Of a DNA stretch of 64,000 bases, positions 54,998-63,714 are shown piece by piece (position 1 is the stretch's first letter; each line of letters begins with the position of its first letter). The notes under the pieces are model-generated. The model was not told the DNA's origin and did no database searches. It saw only the letters and a list, made by a program, of their open reading frames with translations. The position numbers and the translations under genes were made by a program. The DNA is from a virus. The stretch spans positions 1 through 64,000 of IMG/VR virus record IMGVR_UViG_3300037851_001030. One strand, written 5' to 3'.

Positions 54998-56272
54998 TCA
55001 CCGTAGGGGCACCACTATCCGCGCGACGCCCTCCGTCGTTAGGTTCGGGAACGAGGCGGCCGCGAACGGCAGCTCCCGCAGGATCTCCTCGGCCCGGGGG
55101 CTAGACAGGATCCTAACATAGAACAGGACCTCAGACGACCCCAGCGGAAGGTCTACCCGCATCACAAGCGCGCCGTCCTGTGGCTCGCTCGTGGCCAGTA
55201 CCAGGTCGGTCTCGAGGTCGGTCGCCGTCACGTCTTCCGACGACCGCAGGAGCAAGCTGGCGTTGTGCACACCGGTTCCTACTTGGGCTCGGACGAAGGC
55301 GTAGGCCGTACCGTCGTGCGCCGATCGCGCTACGAGCGCTCGGCCCTGGGCGGTTAGCGCCGCGTGGATGAGGGTCGCAGGGAACCGCGCCTCGTAGGGC
55401 ACGTGATAGTTCGTCTGTATCTCACGAGGTAGCCACTCGTCGCTGGCATAGGCCTCCTCGGAGATGATGACGTGCTTGTAGAACTGCTTGAGAACCGCAT
55501 CCGACGCCACGCCCTCGGCCAAGGCCGTGCGTGCGAAGGTCATGTTTCGGAACGTGGCGTCGGCCGCCACTCCGTCAAGAGTAGCAACGATGCGGTAGTT
55601 CGTGACCACGCGGCGGTACACGATGTCTGCCGCGGTGGCCTCTTCCGACACGCTGCGGAACGATTCCGTCGACCGCCTGGCGTCGTCGGATGCAATCGCC
55701 GTCAGCGTAGCTCTGCGTACGTGGGTCAGCAAATTCGAGGTAGCGTCGGACGCTACCGCAGCCTCAGCCGCCAACCTCTCAGACGATGCCGCGCGTATGG
55801 GTGCGTCAGAGGCAACCGCGGCCTCGGATACCACGCGGTAGGACTCGACCGAGCGCACGTGCTCGTCGGTCGCGATTGCAGACTCCACCGCCACACGATT
55901 ACGCCCAAGAACTGTGGTCACAGCATCGGCGCCAGTGGCCGATTCCGTGATCTCGATCTTGAACGTCAGCACGAGGCGCACAACCACGGAGTCGGCTGCG
56001 ATAGCGGACTCGGACACAGACCGCCCGGATACGGTAGACCTAACGGGACCGTCAGACGCGGTCGCAGACTCCGCTACCGCTACGAACCTGGTGCGTCTGG
56101 TCTGAACCTCGTCAGACGCGGTCGCAGACTCCGCTACCGCTACGAACCTGGTGCGTCTGGTCTGAACCTCGTCAGACGCGGTCGCCGATTCGGTGGCCAC
56201 GACCTCGGTCGTGGACCCGCCCAGCGGGTCCCAGCCGTACTCGAGTCCGTAATGTGAACCGAATCCGCTCAA
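54998..56272 (-). CDS. Repeat protein (424 aa): about 13 units of roughly 20 residues carrying E-[ST]-A-x-[AG]-x-D, plus a C-terminal globular domain
   Basis: TTG start. ...TESATASDEVQTRRTRFVAVAESATASDEVQTRRTRFVAVAESATASDGPV...SESAIAADSV...TESATGADAV...VESAIATDEH... Confidence 0.8.
   Translation of the reverse strand: MSGFGSHYGLEYGWDPLGGSTTEVVATESATASDEVQTRRTRFVAVAESATASDEVQTRRTRFVAVAESATASDGPVRSTVSGRSVSESAIAADSVVVRLVLTFKIEITESATGADAVTTVLGRNRVAVESAIATDEHVRSVESYRVVSEAAVASDAPIRAASSERLAAEAAVASDATSNLLTHVRRATLTAIASDDARRSTESFRSVSEEATAADIVYRRVVTNYRIVATLDGVAADATFRNMTFARTALAEGVASDAVLKQFYKHVIISEEAYASDEWLPREIQTNYHVPYEARFPATLIHAALTAQGRALVARSAHDGTAYAFVRAQVGTGVHNASLLLRSSEDVTATDLETDLVLATSEPQDGALVMRVDLPLGSSEVLFYVRILSSPRAEEILRELPFAAASFPNLTTEGVARIVVPLR
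56051..56185 (-). repeat. Perfect 60-bp tandem duplication (2.25 copies) inside the repeat-protein gene
   Basis: 56051..56110 is identical to 56111..56170, and the first 15 nt repeat again at 56171..56185. Confidence 0.95.
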
Positions 56273-56302
56273 GGCCTATCCTACGGTTGCCGCGTTATCA
56301 AC

Positions 56303-58810
56303 CTACGACGATACAGTCCAGGTTCCGATGTAGCTCGTCGCATGCCACTTTCCAGCCACTATACACACTAGACGAATCGCAGCGCCGTTGTCTGTAGCAC
56401 TGATCTGATCTGTACCCGAAGTCTCACTAGTTCCGATTCTGATTGTATCCGAGCCATTCGGTACTATCGTCATGGTGTCATCGTTCTGAAGCACGAACTC
56501 GTAGTTCAGACCAACAGCGGCGGTGGGCAAATTGAATGTGATCGGGGTGGTGGTACCTGTGAAAAGGTTGCCGGTCTCAGACGTCAGAATTGTTCTAGGG
56601 GTTGATCCCTGACTCCGGACCAGGACGTTTAGGGGCATAACCGCTGTTGATGATCGGGAACCATCTAGGTATCCATCAACATACCCAGTAGTCCTCAGTA
56701 GCTGATTGCCCATCACGGCAGAGCCGTTGTTGTAGGGCGAGGACGTGTTGTTGAAACTACGATATTGGAAGGTCCGATTCGCGCCTATCGGGATACTTAG
56801 CGTAAGGTTAGTCGTGTTTGCATACCCGTTATTTGCGTCAACCCACGTGAAGCCTATAGGAGCTGTATCAGAGGTGCTTGGGTTTGCTGAGGGTGTTGCG
56901 GTCTCTGTGTAGATCTGGAACCATGCTGCCCCATTCCCGCTGGAGTGCGCACCACTGAATTCCGTCAGTAGCGAACGCGCTGTAGCAGGAGCCCACGCCG
57001 AAGCATCAACGCTTTGCGGGCTAACCTTCCATGTGCTTGTATAGTCTGCGATAGTGCCAGCAGCATCAAGAAGAAACAGGCTCCCTATCTGGTACCATTT
57101 TCTGATGTCTGTGTTGTTATACACCGCACCGAGATAACGCCAAACAGCATATCCTGTGGGTCCAGTCGAAGGGGGCGAGATCGACCCAACAACGGCCAAC
57201 TGACCGGCCGTTGCGCTAGGTACACCATAGATGTACCACCACCCGTTCGATTCCGATCCTGTGTCCCTTCCACCTAGTCCGGAAGTCGTGATATCGAACG
57301 TCAGTGTTCCGGTATACGTGTATCTTTGACCGTCGTTGAGCAGAACGCGTAGTTCGCTCGAGGCGCCCGGACCAGCCTTGACATTCACCACAGAGGCAGA
57401 GCTGTACTCCAAGATCGGAACGTTCTCCGGCTGGACGTAGCCGCCACGGAACTGCAAAACCCCTATCTTGGCATCATACAGGTAGAACGCATTTGTCGCA
57501 TACTTTGCCTGGATCTTCAGCGTGTGCGCGCCGGCTGTGGCGAAGGTGTAGTTTCTCGAGAAGCTGAGATCGAGAGCTATCCCAGTCCCTCCGTTAGATG
57601 CCGCCGGGGCGTCCAACGCAACCCCGTCTATCACCCACTGGACGTAAGCGTTGTATGCGCCGGCAACATAGGCATTGCCTTGGAAGTTGAGTTGCACACT
57701 TTCGCCAGCTAGCGTAGTGATCGTAACGGATAATCCAGACACGTCCGTGTACGACGTATTACTTACAGAGATAGGATTGGTTGCTGCGTTGGCTGTAGAA
57801 GAGATAGCGCCTGTTGTTCCATTGAACGTGATGTTGGCTTTACCGTCGACATTAGCTATATCGACATTGGGGCCGATGAAATTGAACGAACGCGGGGTAT
57901 CAATCGCCGCAACCCCGTCGTGCTCAACGGGTACCAGACCCCCACGGAATTGAAACACATCGAGGCGCATTCCAGCTTTTGGTGTCCACTGCGCAGTGCC
58001 GTAAGCTGCCTGCACCTTGATCGTATGCGATCCAGCACCTGTTAGAGCAACCGCACGAGGGGCGCCTAGAGGTGCCGCGTACGTTCCAGTCCTTCCCAGC
58101 AAGCGATCTGCACTCCCACTTGGAACAGCGGCCCCATCGACATTCAAACGAATCATCACATCGGCCAGCGAAGCACCTTGAAGCCCCCACCCAGAGATAC
58201 ACACCAGAACAGTTTCGTTGCCAGATGTCGTAACGGATACACTAAGACCTGAGATATCAGCGTAAGTAGGGTGCGCGGACGAAACTGCGGACGCATCAGC
58301 GGACAACTCGGCAGACGTCGGGATAATGCCGCCCGCACCACTACCACTAACCAACGTCCCCCTTACTACTGCCCTGGTGTAGGCATCTGAATTCCAGGTC
58401 CCGGTCCCAAGAACGCGGCGCCACTGGATCTCAATCGTGTGCGAGCCTGCTGTCAGCTCGACACTTCCAACCATCGTCTTATACCCTCGCACAGGTGGGC
58501 TAGCGGCTGTAGCTATTCCCCAACCCGTGTTATCACTTCCGACATAGATTGGCGTACCCGCAACATCTATAGCTATGCGGTACCGACCTTCCTCCGTGCC
58601 AGACGTCGCGAATCCATCGATCATCAACTGGATCAGGTAAGTACCTGTGACAGGTACTACAAACGTACCTGTGGAACCAGACATTTGAACGAACGTGCCG
58701 CTTGTCGTAGACGTAACTCCCGGAGCTGCATCCAACATAGGTACCGTGATGCCTGGGATAGATACAAATGCGTTAGCTACTTGATCGACTTTAAGAGATG
58801 GAGTTGGCAT
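56303..58810 (-). CDS. Large fibre or receptor-binding-type protein (835 aa), lower GC
   Basis: Full track ORF, ATG start. Internally repetitive Ig/jelly-roll-like segments (…HTIEIQWRRV…, …HTIKVQAAYG…, …HTLKIQAKYA…). Confidence 0.8.
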   Translation of the reverse strand: MPTPSLKVDQVANAFVSIPGITVPMLDAAPGVTSTTSGTFVQMSGSTGTFVVPVTGTYLIQLMIDGFATSGTEEGRYRIAIDVAGTPIYVGSDNTGWGIATAASPPVRGYKTMVGSVELTAGSHTIEIQWRRVLGTGTWNSDAYTRAVVRGTLVSGSGAGGIIPTSAELSADASAVSSAHPTYADISGLSVSVTTSGNETVLVCISGWGLQGASLADVMIRLNVDGAAVPSGSADRLLGRTGTYAAPLGAPRAVALTGAGSHTIKVQAAYGTAQWTPKAGMRLDVFQFRGGLVPVEHDGVAAIDTPRSFNFIGPNVDIANVDGKANITFNGTTGAISSTANAATNPISVSNTSYTDVSGLSVTITTLAGESVQLNFQGNAYVAGAYNAYVQWVIDGVALDAPAASNGGTGIALDLSFSRNYTFATAGAHTLKIQAKYATNAFYLYDAKIGVLQFRGGYVQPENVPILEYSSASVVNVKAGPGASSELRVLLNDGQRYTYTGTLTFDITTSGLGGRDTGSESNGWWYIYGVPSATAGQLAVVGSISPPSTGPTGYAVWRYLGAVYNNTDIRKWYQIGSLFLLDAAGTIADYTSTWKVSPQSVDASAWAPATARSLLTEFSGAHSSGNGAAWFQIYTETATPSANPSTSDTAPIGFTWVDANNGYANTTNLTLSIPIGANRTFQYRSFNNTSSPYNNGSAVMGNQLLRTTGYVDGYLDGSRSSTAVMPLNVLVRSQGSTPRTILTSETGNLFTGTTTPITFNLPTAAVGLNYEFVLQNDDTMTIVPNGSDTIRIGTSETSGTDQISATDNGAAIRLVCIVAGKWHATSYIGTWTVSS

Positions 58811-58818
58811 GGGTCACC

Positions 58819-60030
58819 CTATGTCGAGAACACGCAGGTGATAATGTCGCCCGCGGTCAAGCTGGTTGTCACGAGCGTAGTGGGAGCGGAGTATCCGTAC
58901 TCGAGGCCCGTGGAAGGCGACGCTTGGTAGCGCAGGCGCTGTCCGTTTCGATACACACCCAATATGTTAACGCCCGACAGCATGTTCGCGTTGGTCGCAG
59001 GCGTCGCCCCTAGCGTGAAGTTCTGCTGTCCGGTGGGTCCGGTGGCCGTGAACTCCTGCTCGCGGAAGTTGGCCCCGCTGCCTCCGCCTGTGGGCCCCGT
59101 GGGCCCGGTAGCTGACGCTGACCCCGTGGGTCCGGTCGGACCCGTGACCGTGCTCGCGGCGCCCACGCTCCCCGTAGGTCCCGTCGGTCCGGTTGGACCC
59201 GTGACCGTGCTCGCGTCGCCTGTTGGCCCTGTTGGGCCCGTTGTAGATCCTGACCCCGTGGGACCGGTCGGACCCGTGACCGTGCTCGCGTCCCCCGTGG
59301 GGCCCGTTACGATAGGGCCCGTCGGTCCCGTCGGACCCGTGATGTCGCTCGCGCTTCCCGTCGGTCCCGTCGGCCCGGTCGCTGTGGGTCCGGTCGGACC
59401 CGGGACCGTGCTCGCGTCGCCTGTGGGGCCGGTAACAGCGGGACCGGTTGGACCCGTGACCGTCGACGGAGACCCCGTTGGGCCCGTGGGTCCAGTCGAC
59501 GCTTCTCCGGTCGGACCCGTGACGGTCGAGGCCGCGCCCTGAGTTCCGGTTGGCCCAGTCGGACCCGTGACGATGGACGCCAACGTCTCGTTGAGGTCAT
59601 TGGCGTAGCGCTTCATGCTCTCAGGCGGGAGCTTGAGGCCGCCCTCGGTCAGGATATAGGCGATCGCCTGGCAGCTCGTACCGTCGCCGAGGGGGAACGA
59701 GCGGGGCTTCGACCAGCCGTCCGCGTTCCTCGCTCGCAGGCTGAAGCAGTACCCGCCGATCACATCAAGCGTGATATCCGGGTTCTGGACGGTCGACACG
59801 CCATCCGTGAAGTCGTCGTTCGTGCCGCTCGCCACCGTGCTTGTGGCCGGGTATCCACCCTGATTGTAGGGATCGCCTGCGGTTCCTAGCGGCAGGACGC
59901 TCCATTCCCAATCCGTGATCGGACCGTTGGTGGCGGATCCCGTCAGCGTAATGGTCTTCGGCAAGGTCGACGCCGCGTAGCTCGCGCTGTGACTCCCACC
60001 GATTAGCGCCGTGCAAACTGGAACCGGCAT
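58819..60030 (-). CDS. Collagen-like fibre protein (403 aa): Ig-like N-module, GPT repeats, C-terminal knob
   Basis: ATG preceded by GAGGTGAAGC. Central [21 protein letters not shown]... region. Confidence 0.85.
   Translation of the reverse strand: MPVPVCTALIGGSHSASYAASTLPKTITLTGSATNGPITDWEWSVLPLGTAGDPYNQGGYPATSTVASGTNDDFTDGVSTVQNPDITLDVIGGYCFSLRARNADGWSKPRSFPLGDGTSCQAIAYILTEGGLKLPPESMKRYANDLNETLASIVTGPTGPTGTQGAASTVTGPTGEASTGPTGPTGSPSTVTGPTGPAVTGPTGDASTVPGPTGPTATGPTGPTGSASDITGPTGPTGPIVTGPTGDASTVTGPTGPTGSGSTTGPTGPTGDASTVTGPTGPTGPTGSVGAASTVTGPTGPTGSASATGPTGPTGGGSGANFREQEFTATGPTGQQNFTLGATPATNANMLSGVNILGVYRNGQRLRYQASPSTGLEYGYSAPTTLVTTSLTAGDIITCVFST
59055..59580 (-). repeat. In-frame GPT-rich collagen-like coding repeats
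   Basis: Same repeat family as 33500..35895 and 37775..41800. Confidence 0.85.
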
Positions 60031-60038
60031 GCTTCACC

Positions 60039-61526
60039 TCAGAGCGGAATGATGACTCGGGCCACGCGGGTCTCGGCTTGAGCCAAGAACCACGTGGGGA
60101 ATAGGGACACGGCGAACGGGACCTCGGTCAAGTCGTTGGTGCGCGCATACAATACTAGCTCCTGGGCCCCAAGGACCGTCTGCTGGAACCGACAGCAGCA
60201 GGCCAGCGCCCGTGAGTTGAACCCTTCGATCTCAACGGTTCCCCAGGCAGACGGCGTTATCAGCTCGGTCGTATCCTCGCTGCTACTAGGTAGGCGCGCC
60301 CAGCGGGGCTGCTCCCAGCTCGTTCCGATCCGCGCACGGGTCAGAACCAGTGCTCGACCTTGTTGGGCCCCGCGGACCAGGTTCCGGCCCATCGCGGTCA
60401 GAGCCGCTCGCGGGGTTCTAATCGAGGTCGGACTAACGCGAGTTCCTGGCTCGTAGAGTACTTGGACGACGTCCGCGGCGTATGCGCTTTCTGTTGACAC
60501 GCGCGGGAATAGCCTGCCGAAGCCAACGTCGTCGGAAGCGCGGGCTGATTCCTCCACGATTACTTGGGTAGTGGTAGACAGATCTCCAAGCAGCGCTGTT
60601 GGATCGTTGGTAAGGTATCCGCTAGTGGACGAGAAATTGGACCCGTGGTCTATTGACTCCCATACTGTGGTGGTGCCACCATAAGACGCTGTGATGTAGA
60701 CGTGCTGTCCGTCTGGCGACCATAGGGGCCGGACCGAGTTTAGACCGGAAAACGGGGTCTGATTCCCAGTCTGCAAGGTGTGAGATGATCCGTTGTACCT
60801 GGCTACCCGAAAGTCGAACGCGGTGTAGAAAACACCGGCGGCGTACACATGGGAGGAGTCGGGCGCGTGCAGAGATCCGGATGCTCCATAGGCAGACCAA
60901 GCGAGCTGACCGCAATTAACGAAGCTGGACCCGTTCCACTTGATCAGGTGTCGCCCGCCCTCGAAGCATGAGATGTATACCTCATTGGGACCGCAGCCCC
61001 ATACTCCAAGAGGAGGATCTGGTGTGAATCCTACGTCCGCACACAGCTCTGACCAGCGGTCGGTCCAGGTGGCTCCGTCCCAGTATCCGACGTGCTGATT
61101 TCCAGCACCGCCGGCTCCGCTAACGTGCCATATGTCAGTTAGGGAGGAAGCCCAGGCCTGCATTCCCAGACCGGACCAGCCTGAGTTTCGCATATATACC
61201 CAGGTACCCGATTCGTACTTGGATATATGCCCTCCCGACATCATGATGAGGTCGCCACCGCCAACGTCTACGATCTGAGTCCAGTCGGGCGTTGTTCCAG
61301 GGTGACCTGTATTCACCCAAGACGAGGCGCCGCTTGGCAGTCTCCATATCTTTTGTGCGACATGGTCACAGACGAATATGTCGCCGTTCCTCGTCCCTGC
61401 CATGGCGCGTCCGCCTGAGGCAGCGACGATAGGCGGTTGGTAAGGAAACGTTGACCAGGACCCAGACCCAAGGGTCTTCTCGTACAGAGTCTTGTTTGCG
61501 GGGGACCAGAGTAGAGCTTTCTTCAT
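60039..61526 (-). CDS. Beta-propeller-like protein (about six blades, one Asp-box-like SIDHGSNFS), E-S-A-x-A-x-D linker and C-terminal domain, 495 aa
   Basis: Recurring blades: GDIFVCDH..IWRLPSGASSWVN, GDLIMMSGGHISKYESGTWVY, TDIWHVSG...VGYWDGATWTD, NEVYISCFEGGRHLIKWNGSSFVN, SHVYAAG...VARYNGSSHTL, QHVYITASYGGTTTVWESIDHGSNFS. Confidence 0.7.
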   Translation of the reverse strand: MKKALLWSPANKTLYEKTLGSGSWSTFPYQPPIVAASGGRAMAGTRNGDIFVCDHVAQKIWRLPSGASSWVNTGHPGTTPDWTQIVDVGGGDLIMMSGGHISKYESGTWVYMRNSGWSGLGMQAWASSLTDIWHVSGAGGAGNQHVGYWDGATWTDRWSELCADVGFTPDPPLGVWGCGPNEVYISCFEGGRHLIKWNGSSFVNCGQLAWSAYGASGSLHAPDSSHVYAAGVFYTAFDFRVARYNGSSHTLQTGNQTPFSGLNSVRPLWSPDGQHVYITASYGGTTTVWESIDHGSNFSSTSGYLTNDPTALLGDLSTTTQVIVEESARASDDVGFGRLFPRVSTESAYAADVVQVLYEPGTRVSPTSIRTPRAALTAMGRNLVRGAQQGRALVLTRARIGTSWEQPRWARLPSSSEDTTELITPSAWGTVEIEGFNSRALACCCRFQQTVLGAQELVLYARTNDLTEVPFAVSLFPTWFLAQAETRVARVIIPL

Positions 61527-61741
61527 CGGTCCCTACCCGTTACCAGGGGACTGTAGGGCTGCGAGTGGGTCCTAGTTGGAGCATCTATCGGCTCTGGCGG
61601 AACCGGCGGTTCGGTCCCTGCGTCTAGGCACTGACCATAGGGCGGTTCTTCTACTCCGAACTGACCTCCACCGAAGACGCAGGTCTCTCCCGGCACTGAA
61701 GGGGACGACCATTCGAGCGTGGTGTTGGGTTGGTAAGCCAT
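61523..61741 (-). CDS. Small Pro-rich protein (72 aa)
   Basis: Full track ORF, overlapping both neighbours (TGATG and ATGA). Confidence 0.5.
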   Translation of the reverse strand: MAYQPNTTLEWSSPSVPGETCVFGGGQFGVEEPPYGQCLDAGTEPPVPPEPIDAPTRTHSQPYSPLVTGRDR

Positions 61742-62820
61742 CAGACCTGCTGTCCACGGAAGATCACAGGGGTGTCACGCTTCGGATCGTACGCCATCCG
61801 CGCCTTGGTGCGGAAGAAGTGGTTGTTGGCTGCGCCTCCGCTCACAGGGTCGTTGTAGTCAGTCTCAGTTCCTAATGCTCTCCTCCAGCGTGAGCCATTC
61901 CAGAGCCATGCCCCGCGACCATAGTAGCTGGTACCAGGATTCGTATAGCCGAGTCCACGTCCGCCGTAGACCAGCATGCCTCCTAGGTTGCGGTGGTAGC
62001 ACATGGCGGCTCCAGAACGCCCAGTGTTTCCGACTGGACCAGGGCCAGGGCCGGCGTGGACCCTAGAAAAACCTTCAGCGAACTCGCTGCTCTCCCATAC
62101 GTCGGAAAAGAACGTGTTTTCGTCTCCGTTAACGTGGCCTCCGTAAACCACAACCGTGTCACGGGACTGATCTAGAGCCATCGAGAAGTAACGACGCTCG
62201 TCGGGGACCGGAGACGCGCTCAACACTAGTAGCCCACCAGCAGAACCTACCGCTGAGTAGAACCCGTAGCCGAACCCGTCGTTAAATCGGCCCAGTAACC
62301 TGGGGACTCCAGGGTTTGAAGGATCGTTGATGGGTCCACTGCACATCATTGGTGGGTAAAGTACGTGTCCCTCCATGCTCTCCACCGGAAACCCGAAACC
62401 CCATTCAGGGTGACAGCTCCAAGTGAAATCTGGGTCGCTCCAGCCAAGTTGCACCCACTCGTACCTCCCATGACTCCGATCAAATGCGGCTATCAAAACC
62501 GATCCATCGTAGTCGACGGCAGCTTGGATGTGACCAGAGCTGAAGTTCACACTGAAGGGAGAGCCCCAACTACTGGTATCCGCCGAAGAGAGCAGCGTCC
62601 AAATATCCTCGGTCGGCTCTCTCGCCCATAACTGTAGTTTCTCCACCTCTAGGTCTTCGTCATAGTCGAACACGACCACGCAAACACGCTGGATGGCGGG
62701 CCAGTAGAACAAGTTTGCGTCTGCCTGGTTCCCCTGCTCGATCGGTGGCCACGGGTGGCAGTCGCTCGTGATCACCCCGTAAGGGAGCTGCGCGCCGCTC
62801 TCTAGAAGGTTCCAGGCCAC
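61741..62820 (-). CDS. Kelch-repeat-like propeller protein (359 aa), GTG start
   Basis: C-terminal RYFSMALDQSRDTVVVYGGHVNGDENTFFSDVWE and RSGAAMCYHRNLGGMLVYGGRG...AWLWNGSRWRR fit the Kelch motif. Confidence 0.6.
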   Translation of the reverse strand: MAWNLLESGAQLPYGVITSDCHPWPPIEQGNQADANLFYWPAIQRVCVVVFDYDEDLEVEKLQLWAREPTEDIWTLLSSADTSSWGSPFSVNFSSGHIQAAVDYDGSVLIAAFDRSHGRYEWVQLGWSDPDFTWSCHPEWGFGFPVESMEGHVLYPPMMCSGPINDPSNPGVPRLLGRFNDGFGYGFYSAVGSAGGLLVLSASPVPDERRYFSMALDQSRDTVVVYGGHVNGDENTFFSDVWESSEFAEGFSRVHAGPGPGPVGNTGRSGAAMCYHRNLGGMLVYGGRGLGYTNPGTSYYGRGAWLWNGSRWRRALGTETDYNDPVSGGAANNHFFRTKARMAYDPKRDTPVIFRGQQV

Positions 62821-62823
62821 GAT

Positions 62824-63603
62824 CTACTCCGGAGCCTTGTTGGAGATCGACCACCAGCCCGGGTTCGTAGCCGAGTACTCGGCCACGAAGATGACCTTGT
62901 TGTCAATCCATGACCCTAGTGCTGCGGTTCCATCTAATACCCCATCCAGCAGGTAACCAGAAGGAACCGTAAAGTTGAAGGCTCCCGTGCCTGCGTTAAG
63001 ACGAACCGCGATCGTCTTCCCGTGGTCCGCCTCGGTGATCTCGGGCAGGTTGATCGTGGTGTTCTCTCCGTCATTGGTGCCGATCAAGAACTCTCCGAAG
63101 GCCGCGTTGTGAGTCACCCCATAACCAATGCGAGTTGGGTTCCATATGGAACCAGCGGCGGTCTCGAGCTTGTCCAAGCATTCTCGAAGCTGCGCAGCTC
63201 CCCAGTTGTACTGGTGGTCTCCGGGTTTCGGCAGATCGAGCATCTGACTCTTGATCACCACGCACTGCTGACCATTCGCCTTGTCCGTGGCAGGGACAGA
63301 TGGACCTTCGCCATTCGTGGCGACTGCTTGCACCACGATCGTTCCGTCAGCGGTATCCGTTGGGATACCTTCCAGGTCCACGGCAGACGAGCTGCCCGCA
63401 CCGGTCGTGGCGACCCCATTCGTGAAGTCGCCCCACGTACCGCTGAGGAGCGCCTCGAGCCCTTCAGGGACCGATAGGATAGTCCAGGTCCAGCCCGTCG
63501 GAGATTCGGTGGCAGTCGCCGAGAGCGCGGCGTCGTACGTGCCGCCGCCCTCGTTCCACGAGATCACGATCTTCGCATCGCAGGTTACAGCCGGGATCGC
63601 CAT
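62824..63603 (-). CDS. Fibre or receptor-binding-type protein (259 aa) sharing its N-terminal module with 58819..60030
   Basis: ATG preceded by AGGAGACTCGT. Matching segments: PTGWTWTILSVPEG with [21 protein letters not shown] with DDFTDGVST, and QQCVVIKSQMLDLPKPG with [20 protein letters not shown]. Confidence 0.75.
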   Translation of the reverse strand: MAIPAVTCDAKIVISWNEGGGTYDAALSATATESPTGWTWTILSVPEGLEALLSGTWGDFTNGVATTGAGSSSAVDLEGIPTDTADGTIVVQAVATNGEGPSVPATDKANGQQCVVIKSQMLDLPKPGDHQYNWGAAQLRECLDKLETAAGSIWNPTRIGYGVTHNAAFGEFLIGTNDGENTTINLPEITEADHGKTIAVRLNAGTGAFNFTVPSGYLLDGVLDGTAALGSWIDNKVIFVAEYSATNPGWWSISNKAPE

Positions 63604-63714
63604 ACGAGTCTCCTAGTTCAGACCGCCAGTAGGCCCGAGAGATACGTTGCAGATACTAGCGAATTCATTGAGCCCTTTGGCGGCTGTGGCGCACAAAAGG
63701 CTAGCCCAGGGGCG

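Noticed and set aside
55472-56257. 261-aa plus-strand ORF.
   Set aside because: It is antisense to the E-S-A-x-A-x-D repeat gene and has Arg/Gly-rich shadow composition.
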